Positions 1 through 10,374 of a stretch of DNA of 64,000 nucleotides are shown piece by piece; within the stretch, counting starts at the first letter, position 1, and the number at the start of each line of letters is the position of its first letter. The position numbers and the translations under genes are program-made. Source of the stretch: an uncultured delta proteobacterium (GTDB lineage: Bacteria; Myxococcota_A; Polyangia; Polyangiales; Polyangiaceae); contig CAWJCS010000005.1 in the NCBI GenBank assembly GCA_963841435.1, forward strand, positions 800,001 to 864,000, read 5' to 3'. Under the pieces are notes generated by a model. It made no database searches. It saw only the letters and a program-made list of their open reading frames with translations, and was not told the DNA's origin.

Positions 1-1063
1 CATCAACACCGGTATGTGGTGGCTGCTCTCGACGGGGCTCGCCTTTGCGACCTCGCGCGTCATCTACGGGCTGCGCAAGGAGGCGCGGGCCATTCGCCAG
101 CTCGGGCAATACCAGCTCGACCGCAAGATCGGAGCAGGCGGCATGGGCATCGTCTACGAAGCGCACCACGCGATGCTACGCAGGCCCACGGCCGTCAAGC
201 TTTTACCGCCCGAGAAGGCCGGCCAGAGCGCCATCGAACGGTTCGAGCGCGAGGTGAAGCTCACCGCCCGCCTCCGCCACCCGAACACCGTGACGATCTA
301 CGACTACGGCCGTACCCCGGACGGCATCTTCTACTATGCGATGGAGCTCCTCGATGGCGCCACCCTGGAGCAGGTGGTGCAAGGAAGCGGCCCTCTACCG
401 CCTTCGCGCGTGGGTCACATCCTGGCTCAAGCCGCGGGTGCGCTGTCGGAGGCCCACGAGCTTGGTCTCATCCATCGCGACATCAAACCGGCCAACATCA
501 TGCTCTGCAACCAGGGCGGTCTCATGGACACGGTCAAAGTGCTCGACTTCGGCCTCGTCAAAGAAATCAGCCCATCTCAGGTGGAGGCCGCCGCGAAGCT
601 CGTCACCCAGACCGACGCCATCACGGGCACCCCGCTCTACATGCCGCCGGAAGCCCTGACGAACCCGAGCGCGGTCAACGCGCGAAGCGACCTCTACGCC
701 CTCGGCGCCGTCGCCTACTACCTGCTCACGGGCACGCACGTCTTCGACGGCGAAAGCATCGTCGAAGTGTGCAGCCACCACCTCTTGACCCAACCCGTCC
801 CGCCCTCGAAGCGCCTCGGCCAGCCCCTCCCCGAAGCGCTCGAAACCCTCGTGCTCGACTGCCTCGCCAAGTCCCAAAAAGATCGCCCCGCGAGCGCCAC
901 CGCCTTTGCCGATCGCCTCCGTGACTGCGACCTCCCTGCCTGGGGCGATGCCGACGCCCGCTCCTTTTGGGCGACGCACTCCATCGATACAGGGCTCGCC
1001 CGGCGCTCGAAAGCCGCCAGCAGCCAAACCATCATGGTCAACCTCGCGCGCCGCACGCCGTGA
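1..1063 (+). CDS. Hanks-type Ser/Thr protein kinase (membrane-associated, 5' end outside window)
   Basis: IGAGGMGIVY, AVKLL, HRDIKPANI, DFGLVK, GTPLYMPPE and SDLYALG motifs; frame is open to the window edge. Confidence 0.95.
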   Translation, partial: INTGMWWLLSTGLAFATSRVIYGLRKEARAIRQLGQYQLDRKIGAGGMGIVYEAHHAMLRRPTAVKLLPPEKAGQSAIERFEREVKLTARLRHPNTVTIYDYGRTPDGIFYYAMELLDGATLEQVVQGSGPLPPSRVGHILAQAAGALSEAHELGLIHRDIKPANIMLCNQGGLMDTVKVLDFGLVKEISPSQVEAAAKLVTQTDAITGTPLYMPPEALTNPSAVNARSDLYALGAVAYYLLTGTHVFDGESIVEVCSHHLLTQPVPPSKRLGQPLPEALETLVLDCLAKSQKDRPASATAFADRLRDCDLPAWGDADARSFWATHSIDTGLARRSKAASSQTIMVNLARRTP

Positions 1064-1318
1064 ACGCTCGGCCGCGACATCGCCCGGCCGTGACGCGCCG
1101 ACGATCCGTGGGATAGTCGAGGCATGGCGATGGTGGAACGCGGGATGCGTGCGATCGCCGCCCTCGTGGTGTCCGCGGGGCTCTTGGCCGGCGGCTGTGG
1201 CGGCTCTTCGGTGCTGCGTACCGGTCAGGACGTCCCTTGTATCTGCGCCGCCATCAACGCGGTCGCCTGCGAAAACAACCGCTGCACGGGGTACTTCGTC
1301 GCGGACCAAAGTGTCCCC

Positions 1319-1798
1319 ATGACCAAGAACGAGCTCGTGCAGGCGCTCTTGGCGACGCTCCGCGCGGAGCTTGCCACGGCCGAGCGCCTGGCGCGCGAGA
1401 CGGCGGAGGCGGCCAATCACCCCGAGGCGCGCCCGGAAAACGACAAAGACACGCGCAAGCTCGAGCTCTCGTACCTCGCACAAGGGCAGGCAGCGCGCGT
1501 ACGCGAGCTCGAAACGACCGTGGCCGCGCTTGCCGCTCAACCGCCACGCGCTTTCGCCGCCACGGATCCGGTCGCCCTCGGTGCCCTCGTCGAGCTCGAA
1601 ACCGACGGGCGGCTCGAACGAGTGCTCCTGTGCGCCGGCGGCGGCGGTGCCTCGGTCGAGGACGATCGCGGCAGTGTGCGCGTCGTCACCCCGGAGGCCC
1701 CACTCGCGAAGGCTCTCTTCGGCAAGACGGTGGGCGACGAGATCGAGCTTTCCGTGGCGGGCCGCAAGCGCGAGCTCGCGATCGTCAAGATCGCCTGA
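1319..1798 (+). CDS. GreA/GreB family transcription elongation factor
   Basis: ENDKDTRKLELSYLA coiled coil and VVTPEAPLAKALFGKTVGDEI C-terminal motif; the ORF extends in frame upstream to 1124. Confidence 0.85.
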   Translation: MTKNELVQALLATLRAELATAERLARETAEAANHPEARPENDKDTRKLELSYLAQGQAARVRELETTVAALAAQPPRAFAATDPVALGALVELETDGRLERVLLCAGGGGASVEDDRGSVRVVTPEAPLAKALFGKTVGDEIELSVAGRKRELAIVKIA

Positions 1799-1820
1799 GC
1801 GCTCGGGCCGCCGTGCCCTT

Positions 1821-2753
1821 CTACGGCACGTATTTCGCTACGACGGCGACCTTGCCGGCCGCACTGTCGATGTCGATGTTGGGGACGTTGACGAGTTCGA
1901 AGGTCGCGGACGCGAGCCGGATCTTGCCACCGGACCTGTCGACTTCTTCGAGGATGCGGGTGAAGAGCTCGCTCTTGACCGTGCGGCGCCGTCGATAGTC
2001 AACGACGTAGCGCAGCGTGAATTCGAGCCAGTTGTCGTTTGCAACCATCGTCACCATCGGCTCGACCCGCGCTTCCTCGAGGCGGTATTTCGCGACGGCA
2101 GCAAGCCAAGCCTGCTTCGAACGCGTGGCGAAGTCGCCGCACACCTCGTGCGCGACCGCCGCAAGCACCTCTCTGGCGCCCTTCCAATCGGAACCGTAGC
2201 GAATGGGCACCCTGATCTCGTCCCACAAGAACGGGAAGTCCGCCGAGTAGTTGAAGACCGGCTCCTTGAAGACGAAGCTGTTGGCGATTCTGACGATGCG
2301 CCCGTTGTAAAGGTCACCGTTCACCCATTCGCCGACCTCCATGACGGTGGTCCTGAGGATGCCGATATCGATGACGTCTCCCTTGATGCCCCCGACTTGG
2401 ACGCGGTCGCCCGTGGCGTAGAAGCCGCCGGAGGCGATCGCCAACCAGCCGGCGATACTCGCGATCACCTCCTGCAGGGCAAACGCGATTCCGGCACCCG
2501 CGACGCCGATGACCACGGTGAGCTGCCCCAGCCGGTCGCTGAAGGCGACGGTGAGAACGACGGCCCAGGCGAGGTACTGGGCGATGGAAACCACTTTCCT
2601 CGCTCGGTACCGAGCGCTGTTGTCGCTCGCTCGACGCTCGAAATACCGGAGGAGCAGTCGGCTGACGACGTACACGAAAAGCAGGCCGGCGACGACCGTC
2701 GCTAGCTTGCCGGTCAGCTGGTTGTCCCAGAAGGCTCTGATCTTCTCTTCCAC
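1821..2753 (-). CDS. MscS family mechanosensitive ion channel
   Basis: TM helices, GAGIAFALQEVIASIAGW, GDRVQVGGIKGDVIDIGILRT, IANS motif. Confidence 0.92.
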   Translation of the reverse strand: MEEKIRAFWDNQLTGKLATVVAGLLFVYVVSRLLLRYFERRASDNSARYRARKVVSIAQYLAWAVVLTVAFSDRLGQLTVVIGVAGAGIAFALQEVIASIAGWLAIASGGFYATGDRVQVGGIKGDVIDIGILRTTVMEVGEWVNGDLYNGRIVRIANSFVFKEPVFNYSADFPFLWDEIRVPIRYGSDWKGAREVLAAVAHEVCGDFATRSKQAWLAAVAKYRLEEARVEPMVTMVANDNWLEFTLRYVVDYRRRRTVKSELFTRILEEVDRSGGKIRLASATFELVNVPNIDIDSAAGKVAVVAKYVP

Positions 2754-2798
2754 GGGGTCACCTCCGCCGGAAGGAGCTCGCCGAATGACCGCCTGCGC

Positions 2799-3761
2799 TT
2801 AGCGCCCCGACCCTGACGCGCGGTTCAGGAAACGAAAAAGATCGCCGGAGGTCGAGAACACCAGCGTGTCGTCCTTGCCGATGACCTTGTCGTACGTCTC
2901 CATGGTCTTCACGAAGTCGTAGAGCTTCTTGGCGTCCGCCGACTGGGAATAGGCTGCGGCGTAGATGGCCGTCGCCTTGGCGTCGGCAGCGCCGCGCAGC
3001 TCCTCGACCTTCCGGTAGGCCTCGGACTCGATCACGTCGAGGTCGCGCTCCTTGTCACCGAGGATCTTGGCCGCCTCTCCCTCGCCTTCAGAGCGAAAGC
3101 GCGAGGCGATCTGCTGCCGCTCGGAGACCATGCGCTCGTAGATCTTCTCGACCACGCTCGGGTTGTAGTTGATGCGCTTGAAGCGCACGTCGAGCAGATC
3201 GATGCCGAACTCGCCGAGCTTGACCTTGGCCGCGTTCTGGATTTCTTGCTGAATCCGCGCTCTGCCCTTGGTGATGGGGTTCAGGACGCCGATGCGGCTA
3301 CCGGCGGCGAGCGACTCGTCACGCTCGGGCTTTCGCTCCTTGGTCGTGCGGATCAGCTCGATCAAATCGTGCTTGGCGACGGCGTTTCGCATCTCGCTGC
3401 CCAGGATGTCGTCGAGCCGCGACTGCGCGCTCCGCTCGTCGCGCAGGCGGCGGAAGTACTCGAGCGGCCGGGTGATGCGCCAGCGCGCAAAGGCGTCTAC
3501 CGTGATGTAGAGCTTGTCGCGCGTCGGCATCTCGCTCTGAGGCCCGTCCCACTGCAGGATCTGCTTGTCGATGACGTTCACTTCTTGGATGAACGGCTTC
3601 TTGAAGTGAAGGCCGGCCTGGGTGATGGGGTCGCCGGTCGGCTTGCCGAACTCGGTGATGATCGCCTGCTCCGTCTCTTGCACGGTGTAGGCGGCAGACT
3701 GGCCCGCGATGATCGCCGCACCGAGCAGGATAAGCAGGAGGAAGCTGACTCCGGCCCTCAT
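2799..3761 (-). CDS. hflC: FtsH protease modulator HflC
   Basis: SPFH domain, GLHFKKPFIQ, IYERMVSERQQIASRFRSEGEGEA; overlaps the hflK stop. Confidence 0.93.
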   Translation of the reverse strand: MRAGVSFLLLILLGAAIIAGQSAAYTVQETEQAIITEFGKPTGDPITQAGLHFKKPFIQEVNVIDKQILQWDGPQSEMPTRDKLYITVDAFARWRITRPLEYFRRLRDERSAQSRLDDILGSEMRNAVAKHDLIELIRTTKERKPERDESLAAGSRIGVLNPITKGRARIQQEIQNAAKVKLGEFGIDLLDVRFKRINYNPSVVEKIYERMVSERQQIASRFRSEGEGEAAKILGDKERDLDVIESEAYRKVEELRGAADAKATAIYAAAYSQSADAKKLYDFVKTMETYDKVIGKDDTLVFSTSGDLFRFLNRASGSGR

Positions 3762-4864
3762 GGCTCACTCCCTTGCGTCGAGGGGGAGCCCTTCAGGCTG
3801 AGCAACGGCAAGAGCCCCTTCACGTCCTCGGACACGACCGTCTTGCTCTTCACGCGGGGCAGGACCTGCGCCATCGTCTCGAGGTAAATGCGCGAGCGCG
3901 TGACCTCGGGCGCCTTCACGTATTCGGCCAAGAGCGCGTTGAACTTCGACACGTCGCCCTCGGCCTCGTTGACGCGCTTTTGGGAGTAACCCTCCGCCTC
4001 GCGGATCGTTTGCGCCGCCAGGCCGCGCGCCCGGGGAACAGCCTTGTTGTACTCGCCGTTGGCGACGTTGATCGCGCGCTCCTTCTCCTGCTGCGCCTGG
4101 TTCACTTCGTTGAAGGAGGCCTGCACCTTCTCGGGGGGATTGACGTTCTTGAGCTGAACCTGGTCGATCTTGATGCCCATCGAGTAGCTGCGCGTGAGCT
4201 TCTGCAGCTTGACGAGCGCCTCGTCCTCGATCTCCTGGCGCCCGATGGTGATCACCTCGTCGACGGTGCGATCGCCGATCACCTCGCGCATGACGTTCTC
4301 CGAGGCATCGCGGAGCGTGGCGTCGGCACCGCGCACGTTGAAAAGGTACGCGTCGGGTCGCTCGATCCGGTACTGGACCACCCACTCGACCAGCGCCACG
4401 TTGAGATCGCCGGTCACCATGGATTTCTCCTCGATCCACTCCGAGGGCGGGCTCGACTGCCAGGGGTTCGTGGCACCCTTACTCCCGAAGCCGAATTCCT
4501 GCTTGAGCTGACGCTTCACGGGCACGATCACGACAGCGTCGACGCCCATCGGGATCTTGAAGTGCAGGCCCGGGGGCACGACCTTGCTGAAGCGTCCAAA
4601 GCGCACGACGACGCCCTCGGATTCGGCGGGAACCGTGTAGAACGCGGTCCACACCGCCACCGCGACGAGCACCCCGCCGAGCACGGTCAGGATCAAGCTT
4701 CTGGAGACGACGGGGATGGTGAGGCGGGGGGGGGCCACTTTGTTCTCGACCTTCGAGCGCCGCGGAGCAACGTTTGGCGGCGCGCAGTCGGGCGAAGCGC
4801 GACGGGGCGACCATAAGCCCACCCCGCTCCTCGCGTCCAGGAGAAGCGGGCTCGCGTCGCTCAC
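3758..4864 (-). CDS. hflK: FtsH protease modulator HflK (true start uncertain, may be downstream)
   Basis: GVVVRFGRF, PGLHFKIP, MVTGDLNV, NPPEKVQASFNEVNQA, APEVTRSRIYLETM. Confidence 0.93.
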   Translation of the reverse strand: MSDASPLLLDARSGVGLWSPRRASPDCAPPNVAPRRSKVENKVAPPRLTIPVVSRSLILTVLGGVLVAVAVWTAFYTVPAESEGVVVRFGRFSKVVPPGLHFKIPMGVDAVVIVPVKRQLKQEFGFGSKGATNPWQSSPPSEWIEEKSMVTGDLNVALVEWVVQYRIERPDAYLFNVRGADATLRDASENVMREVIGDRTVDEVITIGRQEIEDEALVKLQKLTRSYSMGIKIDQVQLKNVNPPEKVQASFNEVNQAQQEKERAINVANGEYNKAVPRARGLAAQTIREAEGYSQKRVNEAEGDVSKFNALLAEYVKAPEVTRSRIYLETMAQVLPRVKSKTVVSEDVKGLLPLLSLKGSPSTQGSEP

Positions 4865-5067
4865 GGCGCGGCACAGCGCCGCAACCTCGGCGCCGCCTGC
4901 TCGGCCGGATCAGCCGGCGGCTGGGGTCGACGCGGGCTTGGCGCTCACGAGAAACTGCGAGATGCGCACGCGCACGTCGCGGAGGGTGGCATCGCCGTAT
5001 CCGGCTCTACCAGGTCAGAAAGCCGCGGGGCGGGCGCCCTCTCGGGAACGGGGCATGATTGGAAGCG

Positions 5068-5910
5068 ATGAAGCCGGAGATGACGTGGCAGGATGCCGCC
5101 GGGGAGCGCTGGGCGGCGTTTTACGCGCGCATCGACGTCCAGCTCGACCCGCTCGGGCGCGCCGCCATGAAGCTCGCGGCACCGGTCGCCGGCGAGCGTG
5201 TCCTCGACGTGGGCTGTGGCGCTGGTGAGTCCACGCTCGAGCTCGCGGAGCTCGTCGGGAAAACGGGGAGCGTCGTCGGGCTCGACATCTCCGGGGCGCT
5301 GCTGGAGGAGGCTCGTGCGCGCGCGGACGCAGCTTGCCACACCCATGTGCAGTTCGTGCTCGGCAACGCGGCGACGGAGCGCTTCACTCAGCGCTTCGAT
5401 CTGCTCTATTCCCGTTTCGGCGTGATGTACTTCGAAGACACCGTCGCGACCTTCAAGAACCTGCGCGCGGCCCTGAGGCCCGGCGGCAGGATCGGCCTCG
5501 TTACCTGGCAGCAGCTCGCAGCGAACCCCTGGGCGGACACACCGCTCGCCGCAGTGCGCACACTACGGCCCGGGCATCCCGTGCCAGACGCGCTCGCACC
5601 CGGCAAACCGGGCCCGTTCTACCTCTGCGACCCAGACCAGGTGCACGACAAATTGGAGCGCGCCGGATTTCGCGCCATCAGCATCACGCCGCACGAAGAG
5701 CCGGTCCTCTTCGGCGGCTCCGCGACGCTACAAGAAGCAGTGGAGTACGCCCTTCAGATCGGCCCGGCCGCGCGCTTCATCGCGCATGCCCAGCTCGAGC
5801 ACGAACCGCGCCTGCGGAAGCTCCTCTCCGAGGCGCTCGCCCCTTTTGCAGGCCCCGAAGGCGTGCGCATTCCCGCTCGCACCCTCCTTTTGACCGCCCA
5901 CCGCGATTGA
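5068..5910 (+). CDS. class I SAM-dependent methyltransferase
   Basis: VLDVGCGAG motif I, FDLLYSRFGVMYF, LRPGGR. Confidence 0.9.
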   Translation: MKPEMTWQDAAGERWAAFYARIDVQLDPLGRAAMKLAAPVAGERVLDVGCGAGESTLELAELVGKTGSVVGLDISGALLEEARARADAACHTHVQFVLGNAATERFTQRFDLLYSRFGVMYFEDTVATFKNLRAALRPGGRIGLVTWQQLAANPWADTPLAAVRTLRPGHPVPDALAPGKPGPFYLCDPDQVHDKLERAGFRAISITPHEEPVLFGGSATLQEAVEYALQIGPAARFIAHAQLEHEPRLRKLLSEALAPFAGPEGVRIPARTLLLTAHRD

Positions 5911-6112
5911 CGGTGCAGCACGAGCTCCGAGCGCATCTCGGTCGTTTCGTGCCGGGCCCTCGCAGACGCCGTACGAGAGGGTGCGGACGAACAATCACAC
6001 CTGCCGCGAGCCGCGCTGGTGCAAGACTGCCTTCGGCGCCCACTCGGGGAACTGCGGGATGCCGTCTTCGATGAGCTCCAAAGCTTGCCCCGCCGAGGCA
6101 GCCCACGCCACG

Positions 6113-6934
6113 CTAATCCAGCTGCGATGGACCGCGGCTGTCGTTGGCAGCCGTCGCGTCGCGCAGCCGCTCCGCCGGATCGAACCGGAAGAACCTGCTG
6201 AGCTCGGCGTAAAGCTCCGGATGCAGCCGTTCGAGGGCGACAGGCCTCTCGAAAAACTGCTCGACGACCACGGCAAAAAATTCGGGAGCATTCGTCGCGC
6301 CATACGCATCGATGCTGGTCTGCCGGTGGTGCTCCACGTCATCCAAGAGCTCTGCGTACTCGGCGCTCGCTACCCTGGACCAGACCGAATACCGCTCGAG
6401 CCCATCGAGCTCCGGCGTCCCATCCATGGCCCCATCCTCCGCATCGAGCTGATGCGCAAACTCGTGCAAGACGACATCGTGCCCATCGCTCGGATCCGCG
6501 GACCCCGCCACCACCGCATCCCACGAAAGCACCACGACCCCGCGCGACCACGACTCACCGAGCCGCGCCTGCTCACCCTCGACCACCACGTACCCCTCCC
6601 GCCGCTCCCCCCGCGCCCGATAGGTCGACGGATACACGATCACGGTATCCAGGTCCGCGTAGAGCGGCCCATCGAGCTCCACCCGGTGCAGCACCAACAA
6701 ACAGGCCCGCGCGGCGATCACGACGCGCATCTCATCGGTGAGCGTGAGCCCACCCGCCCCTTCGAACGCCTTCTCCGCATTGAAAATACGCACCAGCGCC
6801 TCGAGCTTGGCGAGCTCCTCGCGATAAAGGAGCCTCGCGCAGGGAATCGAGCGCACGAGCAGATCGTGAAACCGCGCGGGGAACGGCTCAGCGATCACCT
6901 CGGCCCGGGTCAGGCGGCGCCACCAGTCGAACAT
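6113..6934 (-). CDS. M90 family zinc-dependent peptidase (MtfA-like)
   Basis: VVLHEFAHQLD HExxH motif, YGATNAPEFFAV, LGESW. Confidence 0.9.
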   Translation of the reverse strand: MFDWWRRLTRAEVIAEPFPARFHDLLVRSIPCARLLYREELAKLEALVRIFNAEKAFEGAGGLTLTDEMRVVIAARACLLVLHRVELDGPLYADLDTVIVYPSTYRARGERREGYVVVEGEQARLGESWSRGVVVLSWDAVVAGSADPSDGHDVVLHEFAHQLDAEDGAMDGTPELDGLERYSVWSRVASAEYAELLDDVEHHRQTSIDAYGATNAPEFFAVVVEQFFERPVALERLHPELYAELSRFFRFDPAERLRDATAANDSRGPSQLD

Positions 6935-7160
6935 GCTGGAAGGTAGCGTACCGAGATCGAACGCCCCGTCGAGCTATTGCGGATCCACGACCTCGACGCC
7001 GTTGGCATCGGCGCGAGCCCCTCACCCACTCGAAACGTGCAGTCCGCCCCACGCGCCGAAGCCGCATGATAGCCTCGGCTAGCTCCTCACGAAACGAATT
7101 GACGCCGTTCACATGGTGACGCGCCCCGCTGAGGCACAATGAGGATGGGCTAGCCGCTCC

Positions 7161-7940
7161 ATGGACCTTCGTGCCGACGCGCTGCTCGCGGGCGCTGCAG
7201 CGCTCGCCGGGGCGGTCAACTCCGTCGCGGGCGGCGGGACGCTGCTCTCGTTCCCCGCCGCGATGGCGTGGGGGCTCCCGTCGACGATCGCCAACGCCAC
7301 GAACGCCGTCGCGATGATGCCGGGCTCGCTCGCTTCGGCCTGGGCCTATCGGCGCGAGGTTCGAGCGCACGCGCGCATGGTAAAGCTGCTCGCCGTGCCG
7401 GCGGTCGTCGGCGGCGTCGCGGGCGCGATGCTGCTGCATGCCACGCCGGTGCGCGTGTTCGATACGGTGGTGCCGTGGCTCGTGCTCGGCGCGACGCTGA
7501 TCATCCTGTTTCAGGGGAGGGTGAGCCACGCATCGAAGTCGTCGCCGTCGAACCCTCGAACCCGGCGACGGTGGGCGTTCGTCGCCATCGGCGGCCAGCT
7601 CGTCGTCGGCGTGTACGGCGGGTTCTTCGGCGCCGCGATGGGCATCGTCATGCTGGCGCTCTTGTCCCTGGTCATGGAGGATGACATCCAGGCCCGCAAC
7701 GCGGTCAAGATCGTGCTCGCGTCGCTCATCAACGGCGTGGCGTCGATCTACTTCTTGTGGACGGGGCTCGTCAGTGCGCGCGCGGCGCTGATCATGACCG
7801 GTGGCGCTATCACGGGCGGCTACGTCGGCGCGCTCCTCGCGCGTCGAACGCCCGCGCCCGTCGTGCGGGCGCTCGTCGTCACCATCGGGCTCGCGCTGAC
7901 CGTCCTGCTCGCGTACCGAGCGTGGTCTGGGCAGCGCTCG
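7161..7940 (+). CDS. sulfite exporter TauE/SafE family membrane protein; natural stop missing, ORF reads through to 8603
   Basis: NSVAGGGTLLSFP, ANATNAVA, YGGFFGAAMG motifs; hydrophobic region ends near 7930. Confidence 0.85.
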
Positions 7941-7943
7941 TCG

Positions 7944-8573
7944 TCATTTCCAAGGCGGGCCATGGTCGATACCGAAGTTGGCGAACTTCTGCGCGCCGAC
8001 ATCGTATTGAACCACCCACTGGTTGTCGCAGACCTGGATAACTTCGTTCTCGGCATCCTTGGGGGTGATGCCAAAGTCGCGTGGAAAAGCATTGATGAAA
8101 ACGTATCGACGCGTGCCTCTGAAGAAGCCCAAGTACTGCCGCCCGTATTGCAGGAGGTCAACGATGGCGGCCTCGCTCATCTGCTGCCCGCCGAGGAAGG
8201 CGAGCAAGGCGCGCTCGATGTCAGCTACCTCGCGTGGCGATACCTGAAAGAACCCCGTCATGCCCGTCGGCTCCGCGGAATGGTTGCAGAGCCCGAAGCC
8301 CCCCCGAAACGCGCAGAGCTGCAACGGAACCGCCCACCCGGCACCTACCGTCCTCCCGAGCTCAGTCTGCAGACCTGTTCGCGGCCTGGCGTCCGGGCAT
8401 TCGTGTTTCGGCCTCGGTACGGCGATTGTCGCGGGCGCAGTCGGCCCACAGGAGACGAGTGCAGCGGCAAGCACCGCGTGCGTGCCAGTGAGGACGCGCT
8501 CCAGGGCTACCTCGAAGGGGCGGCCGGCCGCCGCTTCAATCGTAAACGCATCCCGCTGTTGACCACGCGCCAT
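7944..8573 (-). CDS. hypothetical exported/lipoprotein
   Basis: 209-aa ORF with LVSC lipobox-like segment and a globular-looking C-terminus (YGRQYLGF...VFINAF). Confidence 0.55.
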   Translation of the reverse strand: MARGQQRDAFTIEAAAGRPFEVALERVLTGTHAVLAAALVSCGPTAPATIAVPRPKHECPDARPRTGLQTELGRTVGAGWAVPLQLCAFRGGFGLCNHSAEPTGMTGFFQVSPREVADIERALLAFLGGQQMSEAAIVDLLQYGRQYLGFFRGTRRYVFINAFPRDFGITPKDAENEVIQVCDNQWVVQYDVGAQKFANFGIDHGPPWK

Positions 8574-8592
8574 CGCTGTGCGCTCGACGTCG

Positions 8593-8679
8593 GTCCAAGG
8601 TAGCAGCTTTTAGCCCCGTCGGCGGAGCTGAAGCGGGTCCGTGACTCGCGTCGGCCCAACGGGGCAGAGCTCGTTGAGC
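8593..8679. mobile_element. degenerate attC-like hairpin
   Basis: GTCCAAG ... GTTGAGC outer boxes (RYYYAAC with one mismatch / GTTRRRY) around GCCCCGTCGG/CCAACGGGGC inverted arms; lies between two divergent cassette-sized ORFs. Confidence 0.35.
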
Positions 8680-8709
8680 AGGGCGCGGTAGGCGTGCGAC
8701 CATTCGCGG

Positions 8710-9531
8710 ATGGCAACCGACTACGTCGAGATCAACCGCGCGAACTGGAACAGTCGGGTTCCCGTTCACGCTCGAGGCTACGGCCTCGAGAAATTCCGGA
8801 CTGACAGTGCGTGGTTATCGGAGGTGGTCCGCTTCGACCAGCCCCGCTTGGGTGACGTGCGTGGGCTCGACCTTTTGCATCTCCAATGTCACATCGGGAC
8901 GGACACGCTGTCTTTGGCGCGGCTCGGTGCCACGGTCACCGGCCTGGACTTCTCCGGGCCCGCACTGAGCGTGGCGCGCGATCTGGCCCGGGATTGCGGG
9001 GCGGCCGTCGCCTACGTCGAAGCAGAGGTGTACGACGCGGTCGAGGCCCTCGACGGCGCGCGCTTCGACCTCGTCTACACGGGGATCGGCGCCTTGTGCT
9101 GGCTGCCGAGCATCGAGCGCTGGGCAACGACGGTGAGTCGCCTGCTCAAGCCTGGCGCCCGATTGTTCATCCGCGAAGGTCATCCGCTGCTGTGGGCGCT
9201 GTGCGATCCCCGTCCGGACGAGCTACTCGTGCTCGAGTATCCCTACTTCGAGACGGAGGGCGGCACGGAATTCATCCAATCCAAGACCTACGTCGAGCAT
9301 GAAGGAGACCTGAGCTCCCCGCGCTCGATCTCCTTCAACCACGGCATCGGCGAGATATTGACGGCTATCCTCGCCGCCGGTCTGCGCCTCGTCGCCTTCG
9401 AGGAACACCGGAGCGTCCCCTGGGATCCCTTTGGAGCTGCCGGAGCTCGCGATGACAATGGCGAATACCGCCTCCGCGAACGCCCCGACCGAATCCCAGC
9501 GACCTACACGCTCCAAGCCATCAAGCATTGA
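8710..9531 (+). CDS. class I SAM-dependent methyltransferase
   Basis: LLHLQCHIGTDTLSL, FDLVYTGIGALCWLP, LLKPGARL. Confidence 0.9.
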   Translation: MATDYVEINRANWNSRVPVHARGYGLEKFRTDSAWLSEVVRFDQPRLGDVRGLDLLHLQCHIGTDTLSLARLGATVTGLDFSGPALSVARDLARDCGAAVAYVEAEVYDAVEALDGARFDLVYTGIGALCWLPSIERWATTVSRLLKPGARLFIREGHPLLWALCDPRPDELLVLEYPYFETEGGTEFIQSKTYVEHEGDLSSPRSISFNHGIGEILTAILAAGLRLVAFEEHRSVPWDPFGAAGARDDNGEYRLRERPDRIPATYTLQAIKH

Positions 9532-9549
9532 CGAATTGTTCCCGCGTCA

Positions 9550-9856
9550 TCATCCAGTCCTGCGCAAGACTTCGACGTCGCGCGCGAGCTTGGTACCGAG
9601 ACGATCAGCCTCGACCTCCAAGTCGTAGGAGGTCTGGAGGTTCAACCAGAAGCGCGGCGCGTTCCGAAAGAAGCGACCGAGACGCAAGGCCGTATCCGCG
9701 CTGATGGCGCGTTTCCGATGAACGATCTCGGTTAATCCGACGAGCGGGCACCTTCAGTCCTTTTGCCAGACGATACTGCGTGAGGGCGAGCGGCTTCAGG
9801 AATTCTTCGTCCAGGATTTCGCCCGGGTGAACGGGAGCAAGTCTCTTTCGCGACAT
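9550..9856 (-). CDS. higA: HigA family antitoxin (HTH), +1 frameshift near 9730
   Basis: PVHPGEILDEEFLKPL...RRIN continues in another frame as EIVHRKRAISADTALRLGRFF...FWLNLQTSYDL. Confidence 0.88.
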
Positions 9857-9865
9857 GTGTCTCTC

Positions 9866-10147
9866 CTAGTGATAGTCGACGATCTCGACGTCGTAGGCAT
9901 CGGCTCCGACCCAGCGAAAACAGAGCCGCCATTGGTCGTTGATGCGGATGCTGTGCTGCCCAAGACGACCTGAGGTGAGCTTCTCCAGGCGGTTTGCGGG
10001 CGGAACTCTGAGGTCGGCTAAGCTCGTGGCTGCGTCCAACATGACAAGCTTGCGAAGCGCGGCGCGAAGGAGGCTCGGAGGAAATTTGCGAACCGCTTCC
10101 CGGTGGAAGATCCGCTCGGCATCCGGGTCGCGAAAGCTGCGGATCAC
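9866..10147 (-). CDS. higB: HigB family (RelE/ParE superfamily) toxin
   Basis: IRSFRD...DLRVPPANRLEKL...QHSIRINDQWRLCFRW...DVEIVDYH; lies upstream of higA. Confidence 0.93.
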   Translation of the reverse strand: MIRSFRDPDAERIFHREAVRKFPPSLLRAALRKLVMLDAATSLADLRVPPANRLEKLTSGRLGQHSIRINDQWRLCFRWVGADAYDVEIVDYH

Positions 10148-10154
10148 GAAGACA

Positions 10155-10175
10155 TAGTAACGCGCCGCGTTACTA
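10155..10175. promoter_or_regulatory. putative HigA operator
   Basis: perfect inverted repeat TAGTAACGCG-C-CGCGTTACTA just upstream of the higB start. Confidence 0.75.
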
Positions 10176-10374
10176 CTCGCAAGGGCCCTACCCGAACGCC
10201 CGCCGCCGAGCACCTGCGAGTGACCGGCGAGTGGAGGCAGCACAGTCTGCGCCGCACCCCGCGCATCGCGCAGTTCGTGCAGGCTCGAATCGGGCCGGAG
10301 CGGAAACAAGGCGGGCGGCTTGCGCGCCGAGGCCGAAAACGGTGCGCGGCACGCGGTTTGCGAGGCGGTGGGGC

